DNA of 64,000 nt, taken from the NCBI GenBank assembly GCA_043228905.1, contig JBHGNT010000017.1:5208001-5272000 (forward strand), read 5' to 3'. The notes under the pieces were generated by a model that saw nothing but the letters and a program-made list of their open reading frames with translations, was not told where the DNA came from and ran no database searches. The DNA comes from Azolla caroliniana (lineage: Eukaryota; Plantae; Polypodiophyta). Position numbers and translations under genes: made by a program. Shown piece by piece: positions 1-11,058 of this stretch. Within the stretch, counting starts at the first letter, position 1. Each line of letters starts with the position of its first letter.

Positions 1-2542
1 TCGCACTGAATCCCTTAGAGAATGGAAGATCTGTAATGAAGTCAAGAGCAATGGATTGCCATGGCTTGCTTGGAATTGGTAATGGTTCTAATAAACCATA
101 TGGATGATGTCTTGGCATTTTCGCTCTGCAGCATGTATCGCAAGTCTGAACAAAATCTTCGACAAATTGTCGCATACGGGGCCACCAGAATGATCGTTGT
201 ACTAAATCTAATGTTTTAGTACTACCAAAATGTCCTGTTGTATATGTGTCATGGCAGTTTTGTACTACTCGAAGGCGGCAAGAACCATTAGGAACATACA
301 AAAGTTCTTTAAAGAAGAGTAATCCATCACAGTATTTGAATTGCCGATAATCCGTACCTGGTGATTGTGATTGTGAACATGACGCTCGAGAGGGGTCAAT
401 TTGTGCTAGTATAGCTTGGGCGAAAGCGTCAGTCTTCAAGTCCTCACGTATAGTATTGGTAATGTCGGAATCCACGGGCATGTCAAAGACCTGTGCTGCT
501 TGCAGTCGTGCTGGACCCAAGATTACTTGCTTCTGGTTATCGAAAGCTGGCTCACCGGGACGTGGTGTTAGATACGAACGCCGTGATAATGCATCTGCCT
601 TCCCTTGGTGCTTCCCCGGACGATATGTAATTTTGAAGTCGAAGCGTGTGAGGAAGTGGGCCCACCGAGCTTGACGTCGATTCAGTACACGAGCATCTTG
701 AAAGTAGGCAAGGTTCTTGTGGTCACTGAATACAGTGACCTGATGAGGAGATCCCTCCAGGAAATGCCTCCATTGCATAAAAGAATCAACTATTGCTAAT
801 AGCTCTTTATCATGAATTTCGTAGTTGATTTCGGCGGCGTCAAACTTACGGGAGTGGAAAGCCACAGGATGTAGCTTCTCGTCGTTACCCTGTTGTGACA
901 GAATGCTCCCCAATGCGAAATCCGATGCGTCAGCTTCGATAATGAATGGTTTTTCCGGATCCACATGACCTAAAATTGGAGCTGATGTAAACGCCTTCTT
1001 AAGACTCTCGAAAGCCATGTCCGTCTCTTTAGACCAAATGAATGATTGTCCCTTCCTGGTGAGCTGTGTGAGAGGCAGCACAATTTTTGAGTAATTTTGT
1101 ATGAACTTCCGGTAAAAATTTGCAAAGCCTAGGAAGCATTGCACATCCCGCACCGAACGCGGAGTGTGCCATTCTATCACCGTTTTGACCTTGGCTGGGT
1201 CCATAGATATGCCTTCTGAGGAGATGACATAGCCGAGAAATTCCACTTGGTTGCACCCGAAACTACATTTCTCTAACTTTGCATACAGACCATGTTCTCG
1301 AAGTCGTTTTAGTACTAATAGTACATGAGAATCATGTTCTTCTTGGGTCTTTGAATAAACCAGTAGATCATCCAAATAGATGATCAAAAAATCATCCAAG
1401 AGATCTCGAAATATATCATTCGCCATGTGCTGGAAGACTGCCGGCGCATTAGTGAGTCCGAACGGCATGACCGTATACTCGAAGTGCCCATATCTGGTGC
1501 GAAACGCGGTCTTCCATTCATCTCCTGGTCGGATCCGTACGAGGTTATAGGCTCCTCGTAAGTCGATCTTCGTGAAGAACCTAGCACCGTTGATCCGTTC
1601 TAAAAGACTTGAGATAAGGGGAAGAGCATACCTATTTCTTACTGTGACCTTATTCAAGCCACGGTAATCTACAACGAGTCGAAGCGAGCCATCTTTTTTC
1701 TTGACGAAGAAAATGGGTGCGCCGGCTGGAGATTTCGAATGCCGAATGAAACCGTTCTCCAAATTCTCCTCTATATAGGCTCGAAGGACTTCTAGCTCGG
1801 TTGGTGACAAATTGTAGATTGGCCCCCATGGCGGCTCTTTTCCCGGTTGTAAGTCGATGGCGCAATCGTACGGCCGATGATGAGGAAGTGTGTTGGCTTG
1901 TACTTTATCGAACACATCAGCATACTGACGATACTTCTCGGGAAGTTGAACGGTGGACTCCTCTTTGGTGGTGCTGGAGGGTTGTACTGATATTGCGAAG
2001 AGAAACATTTCCTCCTTGCGCCCTTCCTCACGCAACTGACGTAGCGAAATGGTTGCAACCTTCTGGGTAGATCCTTGGGTTTGTCGCAACCGGATTTCCC
2101 TTGTCCTCCAATCTATGTCTGGGTTATGTAACTCGAACCATGGTAATCCTAAAACTATGGGATGTTCTGGAATACTAATAATATTAAATGATACTACACA
2201 TGTTAAGTTATCTAGGACAATATTAACGGGTTCCGACTCTTCTATGATATTACCAGAAGCAATGGGACGACCATCAATGACTACTACTGAGGCTGGACAT
2301 GGGAGCTTTCTGATAGATATCTGATGAGCTCGGGCAAAATTCCTATCCATGAAGCAAGAATTAGCTCCGGAATCTAGAAGGGCTAAGGTATGTACTGGAG
2401 GGGTACTTTTAGTACTAACTGCTACTTGGGCTACGAACACATCACTAACTTGCTTAGAGGGAATGGAACCACTAATGGGCTGCACAGATCTAGGGCTGTC
2501 CAACCAAACGGCTCCTATTTTGGCTGGACTTAGTCGTTTAAC
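1..2542 (-). CDS. pol: pol (protease, RT, RNase H, N-terminal integrase) of element A, partial; -1 frame relative to gag
   Basis: -1 frame at the gag end reads VKRLSPAKIGAVWLD...TLALLDSGANSCFMD; YLDD near 1365-1380; absent from the ORF track, consistent with running off the edge without a stop (not checked codon by codon). Confidence 0.85.
2490..2542 (-). promoter_or_regulatory. Putative -1 ribosomal frameshift signal (G UUA AAC plus stem/pseudoknot)
   Basis: Heptamer GTTAAAC at 2542-2536, 6-nt spacer, 11-bp stem GTCCAGCCAAA/TTTGGTTGGAC; the -1 frame opens into protease. Confidence 0.75.
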
Positions 2543-3699
2543 TCTTCTTCTAATTGGCTAAGGACATCAAATTTGTTTGCGAGATTCGGACTATTAGTAC
2601 TATTAGGACTATTATGACTATGAGGACTATCAGAGATTCCTACTGAAATAGACTCGGGTTTAGTATAGTCAGAACTAACAACGACTTGGTTTACCTGCCT
2701 TCTTGGTCTATGGGGACAGTTTATCGCGATATGCCCTGGTCCACCGCAATAAAGGCATAATCGGTTTGTTCGGCGTCGTTGCTTTTCCTCCTCCGATAGC
2801 GGCCCACGACGACGTGTAGTGTCAATTTCCATTGGAGTTGGAGTACTTACTGGAGGCGCATTATGTGACTCCCTTTGAAAAGGTTTCGCTACCACTGAGG
2901 CATAGGTAGGCTCGGATCTTGCCCTCGGCATCTGAAATTGTCGTTCCGAACGTCGCTCGAAGAGGCGGTTGTCACATCTGACCGCTCGACTGATTGCTTC
3001 TGTTAATGATTTTGGCTCTTCAGGGAAAGTCAAGAGTAAATCCTTGACATCGTTGCGTAGACCATAGCGGAACTGCTCCATCAATGCTTGATCATCCCAG
3101 GGGATATCGGCGGCGAGTAGGCGGAAATCTGCAGCATATGCGGAGGCTGGACGGTCACCTTGGCGTAATCGCCGGATTTTGTTGATTGCAGTCCTTATGC
3201 TGTCAGTATCTCCAAAACATGCTTTAAACTCACTTATGAATTCTTCAAAATTATTTAGTACTGGAGATTCCTTTTCTAGTAGCGGAGCGAACCATGCTAA
3301 TGCTGAGCCATTTAACAACGTGCCTACTAAACCCACTCGTGATGCATCGGTGGGATATCGGGACGGATGCATTTGAATAACTAACCGTACCTGGTTAAGA
3401 AACCCTCTAAACTGCGATCGCGTTCCATCGAACTTCGTGGGAAGGCCAATCTTGGGTTCTTTATGAATCCCTTGTGCTCCGTGCCCTTGTTGTTGCATTG
3501 CTACAATGGTTGCTTCGAGTTGTTGCACGCGTAACGCAAGTTCCCCATGCTGTTGTTGCGTTTGCTGCTTTTCTAAGGAAATTTGCTGAAGATCCCCCAA
3601 CAAGCGTTGATTTTCTTGTTCCAAAGCATGAAACTTCTCTTTCAAGCATTGAAATTCCGAGAAAACGGATTGATACTCTTCAGCGCTAACGGTGGCCAT
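2530..3699 (-). CDS. gag: Gag of element A (coiled-coil N-terminus, capsid, CCHC zinc knuckle)
   Basis: 389-aa ORF; PTKFDG, LRQGDRPASAYAADFR, PMEID, CLYCGGPGHIAINC. Confidence 0.95.
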   Translation of the reverse strand: MATVSAEEYQSVFSEFQCLKEKFHALEQENQRLLGDLQQISLEKQQTQQQHGELALRVQQLEATIVAMQQQGHGAQGIHKEPKIGLPTKFDGTRSQFRGFLNQVRLVIQMHPSRYPTDASRVGLVGTLLNGSALAWFAPLLEKESPVLNNFEEFISEFKACFGDTDSIRTAINKIRRLRQGDRPASAYAADFRLLAADIPWDDQALMEQFRYGLRNDVKDLLLTFPEEPKSLTEAISRAVRCDNRLFERRSERQFQMPRARSEPTYASVVAKPFQRESHNAPPVSTPTPMEIDTTRRRGPLSEEEKQRRRTNRLCLYCGGPGHIAINCPHRPRRQVNQVVVSSDYTKPESISVGISDSPHSHNSPNSTNSPNLANKFDVLSQLEEELND

Positions 3700-3786
3700 G
3701 GGATGAAGGAAAAGGGAAATAAGAGACTAGTAGGAAAGGAGGGAGACAGAAGGAAGAGGGAGAGAAAAGACCAGACAGGCACCCGA

Positions 3787-3798
3787 AAATCGGTTCAA
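3787..3798 (-). promoter_or_regulatory. Non-tRNA (self-priming type) primer binding site of element A
   Basis: TTGAACCGATTT 2 nt after the 5' LTR, no TGG start; complementary to LTR 4054-4043, which begins 33 nt from the first T of TATAAAA. Confidence 0.75.
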
Positions 3799-3800
3799 AC

Positions 3801-3929
3801 TGTCAGGAACTCTATTAAGGCAGAGAAGGAATTAGTACTAAAAGAAGGATTAGTACTATTGTTGGGGAATAGTACTAAGACAAAGAAGGATTAGTACTAT
3901 GAGAGGTGTCGAACTTTGAGAGAAGGAAT

Positions 3930-3973
<44 letters not shown>

Positions 3974-4263
3974 TGATGCGAAAGATATATGTATTATATG
4001 AAGGAAGATATACAACAGTAGTTAGAAGGCTTAAGACTGGCGTTGAACCGATTTGGTTCGAACTAATGCCTTGCGCCTCCTTTTATAGTGTCTTCAGGAA
4101 TACTCCTGAAGTTTCTAGAATGTTCCAGAGAAATCTGGAATATACATCAATTTCCCAATAAAACCTAAATGAAAATAATATCCTTCAAATTACAATTCAT
4201 AACCTAATGGTAAAGTCTCGACCCGTGTAACAAAAGGTTATGGGTTCGAGTCTAGTTATGACA
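3801..4263 (-). repeat. 5' LTR of element A (463 bp)
   Basis: TG...CA ends with TGTCA inverted repeat; TATAAAA at 4087-4081; (AG)n tract; homologous to the LTRs of B. Confidence 0.93.
4165..4263 (+). promoter_or_regulatory. tRNA-like Pol III type-2 promoter module (A box/B box) at the LTR terminus, antisense to the element
   Basis: TAACCTAATGGTAA at 4200 and GGTTCGAGTC at 4243, with tRNA-like spacing. Confidence 0.6.
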
Positions 4264-4410
4264 CATGGATCTCGAGGTAGAACAGTTAGACGTGAAGACG
4301 ACGTTCCTCCACGGCGACTTTGAAGAGGAGATCTACATGCATCAACCAGAGGGATTTGTGAAGAAAGGGAAGGAGCACCTGGTTTGTCGGTTTAAGAAGA
4401 GTCTCTACGG

Positions 4411-4526
4411 TGTCACGATAATTCGCGAGTGCATGTTGAAAGGGGCGGGACCACGGGGGTCATGGACGAGGAAGAAAGGGATGCTAGGAAAACCAACTCC
4501 GGCCACGTACTAGGGGCAACCGAACA

Positions 4527-4558
<32 letters not shown>

Positions 4559-5125
4559 CATGCGCGCAACACTGACTCTTATGTACAAGAAACAAAGGAG
4601 GGGAGTTATGTACCCGACACCATCAGAGACACCATTATGCACAAACAGACATGAATATATATATATATATTAAGGGGAAGATACAACCCCGGCTTCGAGC
4701 TGGGCTACACTCAGAAGAAGAAGAAGAAGAACTTAACCCTAACAGAGCCTTGCCGCCATGGCTGCGGCGCCCAACTTCTCAAGAAGGAGAAGAAGAAGAA
4801 GACTACCAAGAAGTTACTAACCCTAGAAAAATTCTTGACAAAATGACCCTCGACCAAAATGGTATACCCTTATGACTAAAAAAAGGGCAACCCCTCTACA
4901 AGGGACCCTTCCTTCCTTTTATAGAACAAGGAGAGGGATACGTTACAATGTGGGATAAACCCTGATTTACATGGGATTCTCTGTCCTGACTTAACTCCTA
5001 CTCGGCACCATAAAGGTCACCCTATTATTGTGACATGTTTTTACAAGGATAAGTGCACATGATGCACTCCGCCGATTCCTCCAATATCTCACGGTTTCTC
5101 ACCGTAGCCCAAAATCTTCACGACA
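4411..5125 (-). mobile_element. Solo LTR of the F/G gypsy family (715 bp), 4-bp TSD ACGG
   Basis: TGTCACG...TCACGACA; ACGG at 4407-4410 and 5126-5129; removing it restores copia LYGLK. Confidence 0.9.
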
Positions 5126-6250
5126 ACGGTTTGAAGTAGGCTCCCCGGCAATGGTACCAGAAGTTCAACTCCTTCATGACTGATCAGGGGTACCACAAGA
5201 CGCAGGCCGATCATTGCGTATTTGTGAAGAAGTTCGAAGGTGGAGATTTCCTGATACTCCTCCTGTACGTGGACGATGTTGATCGTCGGACAAGACCAAG
5301 TCAAGATACAGATGCTAAAGAAGGCCCTGAACCAGACCTTCTGAATGAAAGACTTGGGTTCGGCAAGACAGATACTGGGGATGCATATCATCCGGGACCG
5401 GTCAACGAAGCAATTGTGGCTGTCACAGGAGAAGTATGTGACAAAGGTGCTTTACAATTCAACATGTCACACGCAAAACCGGTCAGATCGACACTCCCGA
5501 CAAACTGCAGGTTATCCGGTAAGCAAAGCCCGAAGACGAAGGCAGAGAAGGCAGATATGATGAAGATACCATATGCCTCTGCCATTGGGAGCTTAATGTA
5601 CGCAATGGTGTGTACCCAACCAGATATCCGATATCTAGTCGGTGTGGTGAGCCGGTTTATGAGCAATCCCGGAAAGGAGCACTGGAATGTGGTAAAATGG
5701 ATACTCTGGTACTTGAAAGGCACCTCAAGTATGTGTCTCCGATTCGGCTCCGGTAAACCCCAACTTGATGGTTTCACCGATCCAGATATGTCGGCTGATG
5801 CGGATACCAGCCAGTCAACATCGGGATATGTTATGACATATGTAGGGGGAGCTGTTTCGTGGCAGTCGAGGCTGCAGAAGACGGTTGTGTTGTCCACCAC
5901 GGAAGTGGAGTACATGGAAGCTATGGAAGCCAGCAAGGAAATACTATGGATGAAGGATTTCATCGGAGAGCTAGTGATCCGGCAAGAGGAATATCGGCTC
6001 TATTGCGACAGTAAGAGTGCCATCCACCTTGCAAAGAACGTTGCCTATCATTCCAGGACAAAGCACATGCAATGTAGGTACCACTGGATCCGGGAGCGAG
6101 TTGAAGATCTAGAGTTCGTGTTGATGAAGATCCACACGGAGGAGAACGAGTTCAATATGCTGACCAAAGTGTTGACACCCGACAACCTAGATGCATGCAG
6201 GAAGAGGATCGGATTGACGGGGCATCCGATTCCGAAGTGAAGGGGGAGTT

Positions 6251-6878
6251 TGTTAGGATTTTGGTCCCTCCGGATGGGATATAAGTACCCGGTAAGGAAA
6301 ACCCAGTGAGAACCGGATGACGAGTACCCAGTAAGGAAGGCCTGGTGAGAACCGGATGGTGAAAACCCAGCAAGAGCTGGATGATGTAGACCTAGTGAGG
6401 ATCGCTCACTGGATGAAGGGACATATTTATAAATATGTTTCTGAGAGCCCAATGGGGCTATATTTGTAAATAGCCCGAAAGTCATATTAGTATAAATATG
6501 ACCTAGGGCAAAACATGTTGTGCATGTTGGTCATTCTTTGTTGTCATATTGCTGTAACTGTTGTACAAAGACAGAGAGAGAGAGAGAGAGCGTGAGAGCA
6601 GCTACTAGCACTCTCTGTTGTAACCGCCGCCAGGCGAAGAGTGTGATCACGAGGTCGTTGCATGTGTGCCCCCTGTTGTATTCTTTGACATAGTGATAGT
6701 TTGAAGTCTGTGGGCTCCCGTGGTTTTTCCCTCTCAGGGTTTTCCACGTTATCATCTTGTGTACTCTTTTGTTCACAATGTGTGTGTGCATATACGTGTA
6801 TTTCTCCCTATTCCCATCTTTCTGTGGTTGATCCTAAGACTCGGTTGTGGCTGAGCAATATTCCGCATTTTCTCTACA
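6251..6878 (+). repeat. 3' LTR of copia J
   Basis: Starts TGTTAGGA right after the PPT and ends CTCTACA; shares family LTR motifs. Confidence 0.88.
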
Positions 6879-7465
6879 GGTCTCTTCCTAATCTTCATAT
6901 TCCCACATTTTCGCCTTCCCTTTGTCCAGCTTCGGACTCGGCCGAGATGTGCTTTCATCACTCAGCGGCTCTGATGGCCCAATCATCATTGTCGTGATTG
7001 GGCTATCTTGTAACATCTATGTGAGCCGATCCTCAGCATCAATTTCTATTTCAGTGTCATCCGTGTCAAGCGGGGTTGGAGTCGAAGTATTCTCAGGTGC
7101 ATACCAGGATGCGTATTCATCGAAGACTACATCTCAACTTGTTCGAACCTTCCGGGTAGATGGGTTGGAGCCTTTGTACCCCTTCTGTTCGAGTGAATAA
7201 CCTACGAGGATACATTTCTCCGAATTTGGGTCAAGCGTTTGCCGTGTATCGTCGGGAATATGTACATAGGCGATAGAACCGAAAATGCGGACATAGGCGA
7301 TAGAACCAGCTTCTTTCCGAAGAACTTCTTATGTGGAGTTATATCGTGTACTCCTAAACTTGTGCACCTGTTCATGTGATATACGGCCGTACTTGCCACT
7401 TCTGCCCAATATGATTTCAGCAGGTTCTTCTCGTTCATCATGGCTCGTGCGACTTCTACTACATG
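6879..7465 (-). pseudogene. Integrase fragment of a second, distinct Ty1/copia lineage
   Basis: NEKNLLKSYWAEVASTAVYHMNRC...SEQKGYKG...VVFDEYASWY; differs from the Tork-like family; right boundary approximate. Confidence 0.75.
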
Positions 7466-10078
7466 GTGATTTTTATGCTCTGCTTGCCGGAAGTGTCGAC
7501 CCGACTAGCTTCGCATCCGTCATGTTGAATTGTTGGAGCACCTTCAACACGTACTTCTCCTGTGACAACCACAATAGCTTCTTCGTCCGGTCTCAAACTA
7601 TGTGCATCCCCAATATTTGTCTCGCTGGACCTAGATCTTTCATTGAGAAGGTCCAGTCCAAGGCCTTCTTCAGATTTCCGATTTTTGTCCGGTTCGGTCC
7701 AACGATTAGCATGCCATCCACATACACTAGGAGTCTTAGGAAGTCTCCTCCGTTGAAGTTCTTCACAAATACGCAGTGGTGAGCCTGTGTCTTGTGGTAT
7801 CCTTGATCGGTCATGAAGGAGTCAAACTTCCGGTACCATTGCCGGGGAGCTTGCTTCAATCCGTACAGCCTCTTCTTCAACCGGCACACCAAGTGCTCCT
7901 TTGTTTTCTGGACAAATCCCTTCAGTTGTTGCATGTAGATCACTTCTTCAAGGTCACCGTGCAGAAACATTGTCTTGACGTCTAGCTGATCAACCTCGAG
8001 GTCCATGCTTGCCGCAATGCTCAACACAGTCCGGATGGATGTTAATGCTCAACAAAATCCGGACGGATGTCATGTTGACTACTGGGGCAAAGATCTCTTC
8101 AAAGTCCACTCCTTTCTTCTACTGGAACCCCTTCACCACGATCCAGGCTTTGTATCTTGGTGGGTTTCCGGGGTCTTCCGGTTTCAGTTTGTACACCCAC
8201 TTGTTCCGAAGCACTCTCTTTCGCGTCAGCAACTCTATCAAGTCATATGTGTGGTTCTCATGCAGGGATCCATCTCATCCTGCATGACACTTAACCAATT
8301 GCGGTTGTGGGTGTCTTTCTTTGCTTCTTTGAAGCTTTCCGGCTCCCCCTCGTCGGTCAGCTCATATGTGTATGCTTTGCTAACACATAGAGACTTTGTG
8401 CTTCAACGTATGAATACCCCTTCTTAGAAAGGAGACATATATCAAGAACACATGTATACTTTGGTCCCATAGGTCAAAATTGACCTCTTTATGGACGATA
8501 AAAATTCTAATTCTAATTCTAATTCTGCATTCGGAAATATCCGGGGGGGCCTTCTCTCCCTGAGAAGATATCTTCTTCCTATGTTCTCGACCACTGGTTC
8601 CTCCATTTCTTCTTCATCCGAATCCGATTCAGGGTCTTGTCTGGTTCTGGTATCCAAATCTTCTTCTTTGGTTGGTCTGGTTTCTTGTTCGGATCCCACC
8701 GGTTTTTTGAGTGTCATCCGTCTTCCATCCGGATGAGTCCTTGTATCTTCTGTCTGATCTCTCTCTGTCGACCCAGAGTCCATTGCCTTCTTCTCCAACT
8801 CCTAGTCGGATATTGTCTTGTCTTCCATGAAGACTATGTCTCGACTGCAGAAGACCTTCTTGTCGACCAAGTCCCACACCCGGTAGCCGAACTCATCGTC
8901 GTCATATCCAAGGAATATGCATGGTCGGGACTTCGGATCCAATTTTTCTCTCTTGTCCTTTGCAACATGCACGTAAGCAAGAAATCCGAACACCTTCAGA
9001 TGCCGATAGGATGCGTTTTTACCAGTCCATACTCTCTGTGGTGCGTCTCCGTTCAAGGGCGCTGAGGGTGATCTGTTTATCACGTACGTCACTGTCATTA
9101 GTGTCTCAACCCAAAACGTGTTGGTCAATTTAGCATGTGCAAGCATGCTCCGAACTCTCTCCATTATGGTCTGGTTCATCCTTTAAACCAACCCGTTCAG
9201 TTCCGGTGTCTTCGGCATAGGGAATTCGAGTTGGATTCCCTTCGACCGACAAGACTCCTCAAACTGTCCTCGATATTCTCCTCCGTTGTCCGCTTGAACC
9301 ACCTTCAACTTCCGTCCGGTTTCTCTTTCCACTCTTGTGTGGAGCCCCTTGATGGGGGACAACACCTGATCCATTATCTTCAATGGTGAGTCCCACAACT
9401 TCCGGCTATGGTCTTCTATGAATGTCACGAAGTACTGCGATCCGGCAAGTGACTTCGTGTCCACTTGGCATACATCGGTATGCACAAGTTCTAGCGGTCT
9501 ATTCCATCTCGACGGTGGTCGGGTTCGGAGGGAGGTTCGGTTCTGCTTGCCGGAAAAGCAGTCAGTGCACTTCTCAAGCTGCACGTCTTTCACCTCCGGA
9601 ATGAGGTTATCCTCAGCACATCTTCTCATCCCCTTCTGACTCATGTGGCACAACCTCTTGTGCCATAGGTCACCGGCATTGTCGGATGCCGCATTCACTT
9701 CTTCCAGACATATACGGGCATGCATCAGGTACAATGTGTTGATCTTCGGGGCTCGAGCCACAATCAGGCTTCCTTGGCAAAACTTCATGACTCTGTTACG
9801 GATGCTACCCGTGTAGCCTTCATCATCTAGCCGTCCAGCTGATATCAAGTTCAACCGAACCTCCGGAATGTGTCAGACATCTTTCAGCAGCAATTTGCAC
9901 CAAGTTGATGTCGTCAACCACACATCTCCTATGTCGGGCATTTGGCTTGCACCTTCATTTCCCATCCAAACAGAATTGTGATCTCTGGCTCTATAAGAGG
10001 AGAAGCACTTCCGGTCGAGGGTCAAATGGAACAGCGCGCCGGAGTTGACCACCCATGTCCACTCGTCGCTAACAAGAT
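7466..10078 (-). pseudogene. Decayed Tork-like copia internal region (PR-IN-RT), no LTRs
   Basis: ORFs 9183-9854, 8802-9179 and 7593-8027 match the C polyprotein; about 160 bp of unrelated AT-rich filler at ~8365-8525. Confidence 0.88.
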
Positions 10079-11058
10079 GTAGTTTGCATAGGTCATGATG
10101 TATCTCGATGTGGACGGGGTGGTATCTACATTAGCTGACATGTCTGAATCTGTAAAGCCTTCCAATAGGGGTTTACTTGAGCCGAATCGAAGGCACATGG
10201 TTGAGATGCCTTTCAGGTACCGCAGGATCCACATGACATCAGTCCAATGCTCTCTTCCCGGATTGCTCATGAACCGGATGACCACTCCAACTACATGTCT
10301 AATGTCGGGCTGGGTACACACCATTGCGTACATGAAGCTTCTGACTGTTGACGCATAAGGTATCTTCATCATATCAGCTTTCTCCGTCTTTGTTTTTAGA
10401 CTTTGCTTTCCAGACTACTTGCTGTTTTCTTAAAGTGTCGATCTGACCAGCTTCGCATCTGTCATGCTGAACCTTTGGAGCATCATTGTCATGTGCTTCT
10501 CTTGTGATAGCCACAATCACTTCTCGTCTGGTCCCGGACTATGTGCATCCCGAAGATCTGTCTCGCGAGACCCATATCTTTCATTGAGAAAGACTTGCTC
10601 AAGGTTTTCTTCATTATCCTGATTTTGATGTGATCCCGTCTGACAATTAGCATGTCGTCTACGTACAACAGGAGTATTAGGAAGTCTCCTCCATCGAACT
10701 TCTTCACAAACACACAGTGGTCGGCCTGCATCTTGTCGTATCCTTGGTCGGTCATGAAGGAGTTGAACTTTCGGTACCATTGCCAGGCAGCTTGCTTCAA
10801 TCCATATAAGCTCTACTTCAACCGACACACTGGGTTCTCCTTCCCTTTCTTGACGAATCCTTTTGGCTGCTGCATATAGATCTCCTCCTCAAGCTCACCG
10901 TGCAAGAATGTAGTCTTGACATCTAATTGTTCGACCTCGAGATCCATGCTTGCCACTAAGCTCAAAACCATCCAGATGGATGTCATCTTCACCATTGGGG
11001 CAATGATCTCGTCGAAATCCACTCCTTTCTTCTGCTGGAAGCTCTTCACCACAAGTGC
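10079..11058 (-). pseudogene. Second decayed Tork-like copia RT-RH fragment fused head-to-tail to the previous one
   Basis: VVKSFQQKKGVDFDE...LLYVDDML...YIMTYA then joins directly to the protease region of the next fragment. Confidence 0.85.

Larger units (their letters stand above)
1..4263 (-). mobile_element. Element A: Tcn1-like Ty3/gypsy chromovirus, 5' part (5' LTR, gag, PR-RT-RH-start of IN); continues past the left window edge; inserted in copia J
   Basis: LTR 3801-4263 (TGTCA...TGACA); gag with CCHC knuckle; pol motifs ALLDSGA, IIYLDD, EADASD, integrase HHCC; gag highly similar to chromodomain-bearing element B; right flank is copia RT (MDLEVEQ). Confidence 0.93.
4264..6878 (+). mobile_element. 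Element J: decayed Tork/Tnt1-like Ty1/copia, 3' part (RT-RH, PPT, 3' LTR)
   Basis: QLDVKTTFLHG, LLYVDD, GFTDPD, WQSRLQ motifs with frameshifts; PPT AAGGGGGAG at 6240-6248. Confidence 0.92.

Noticed and set aside
4193-4263. A bona fide tRNA gene
   Set aside because: Acceptor and anticodon stems do not pair; retained only as a tRNA-like promoter module.
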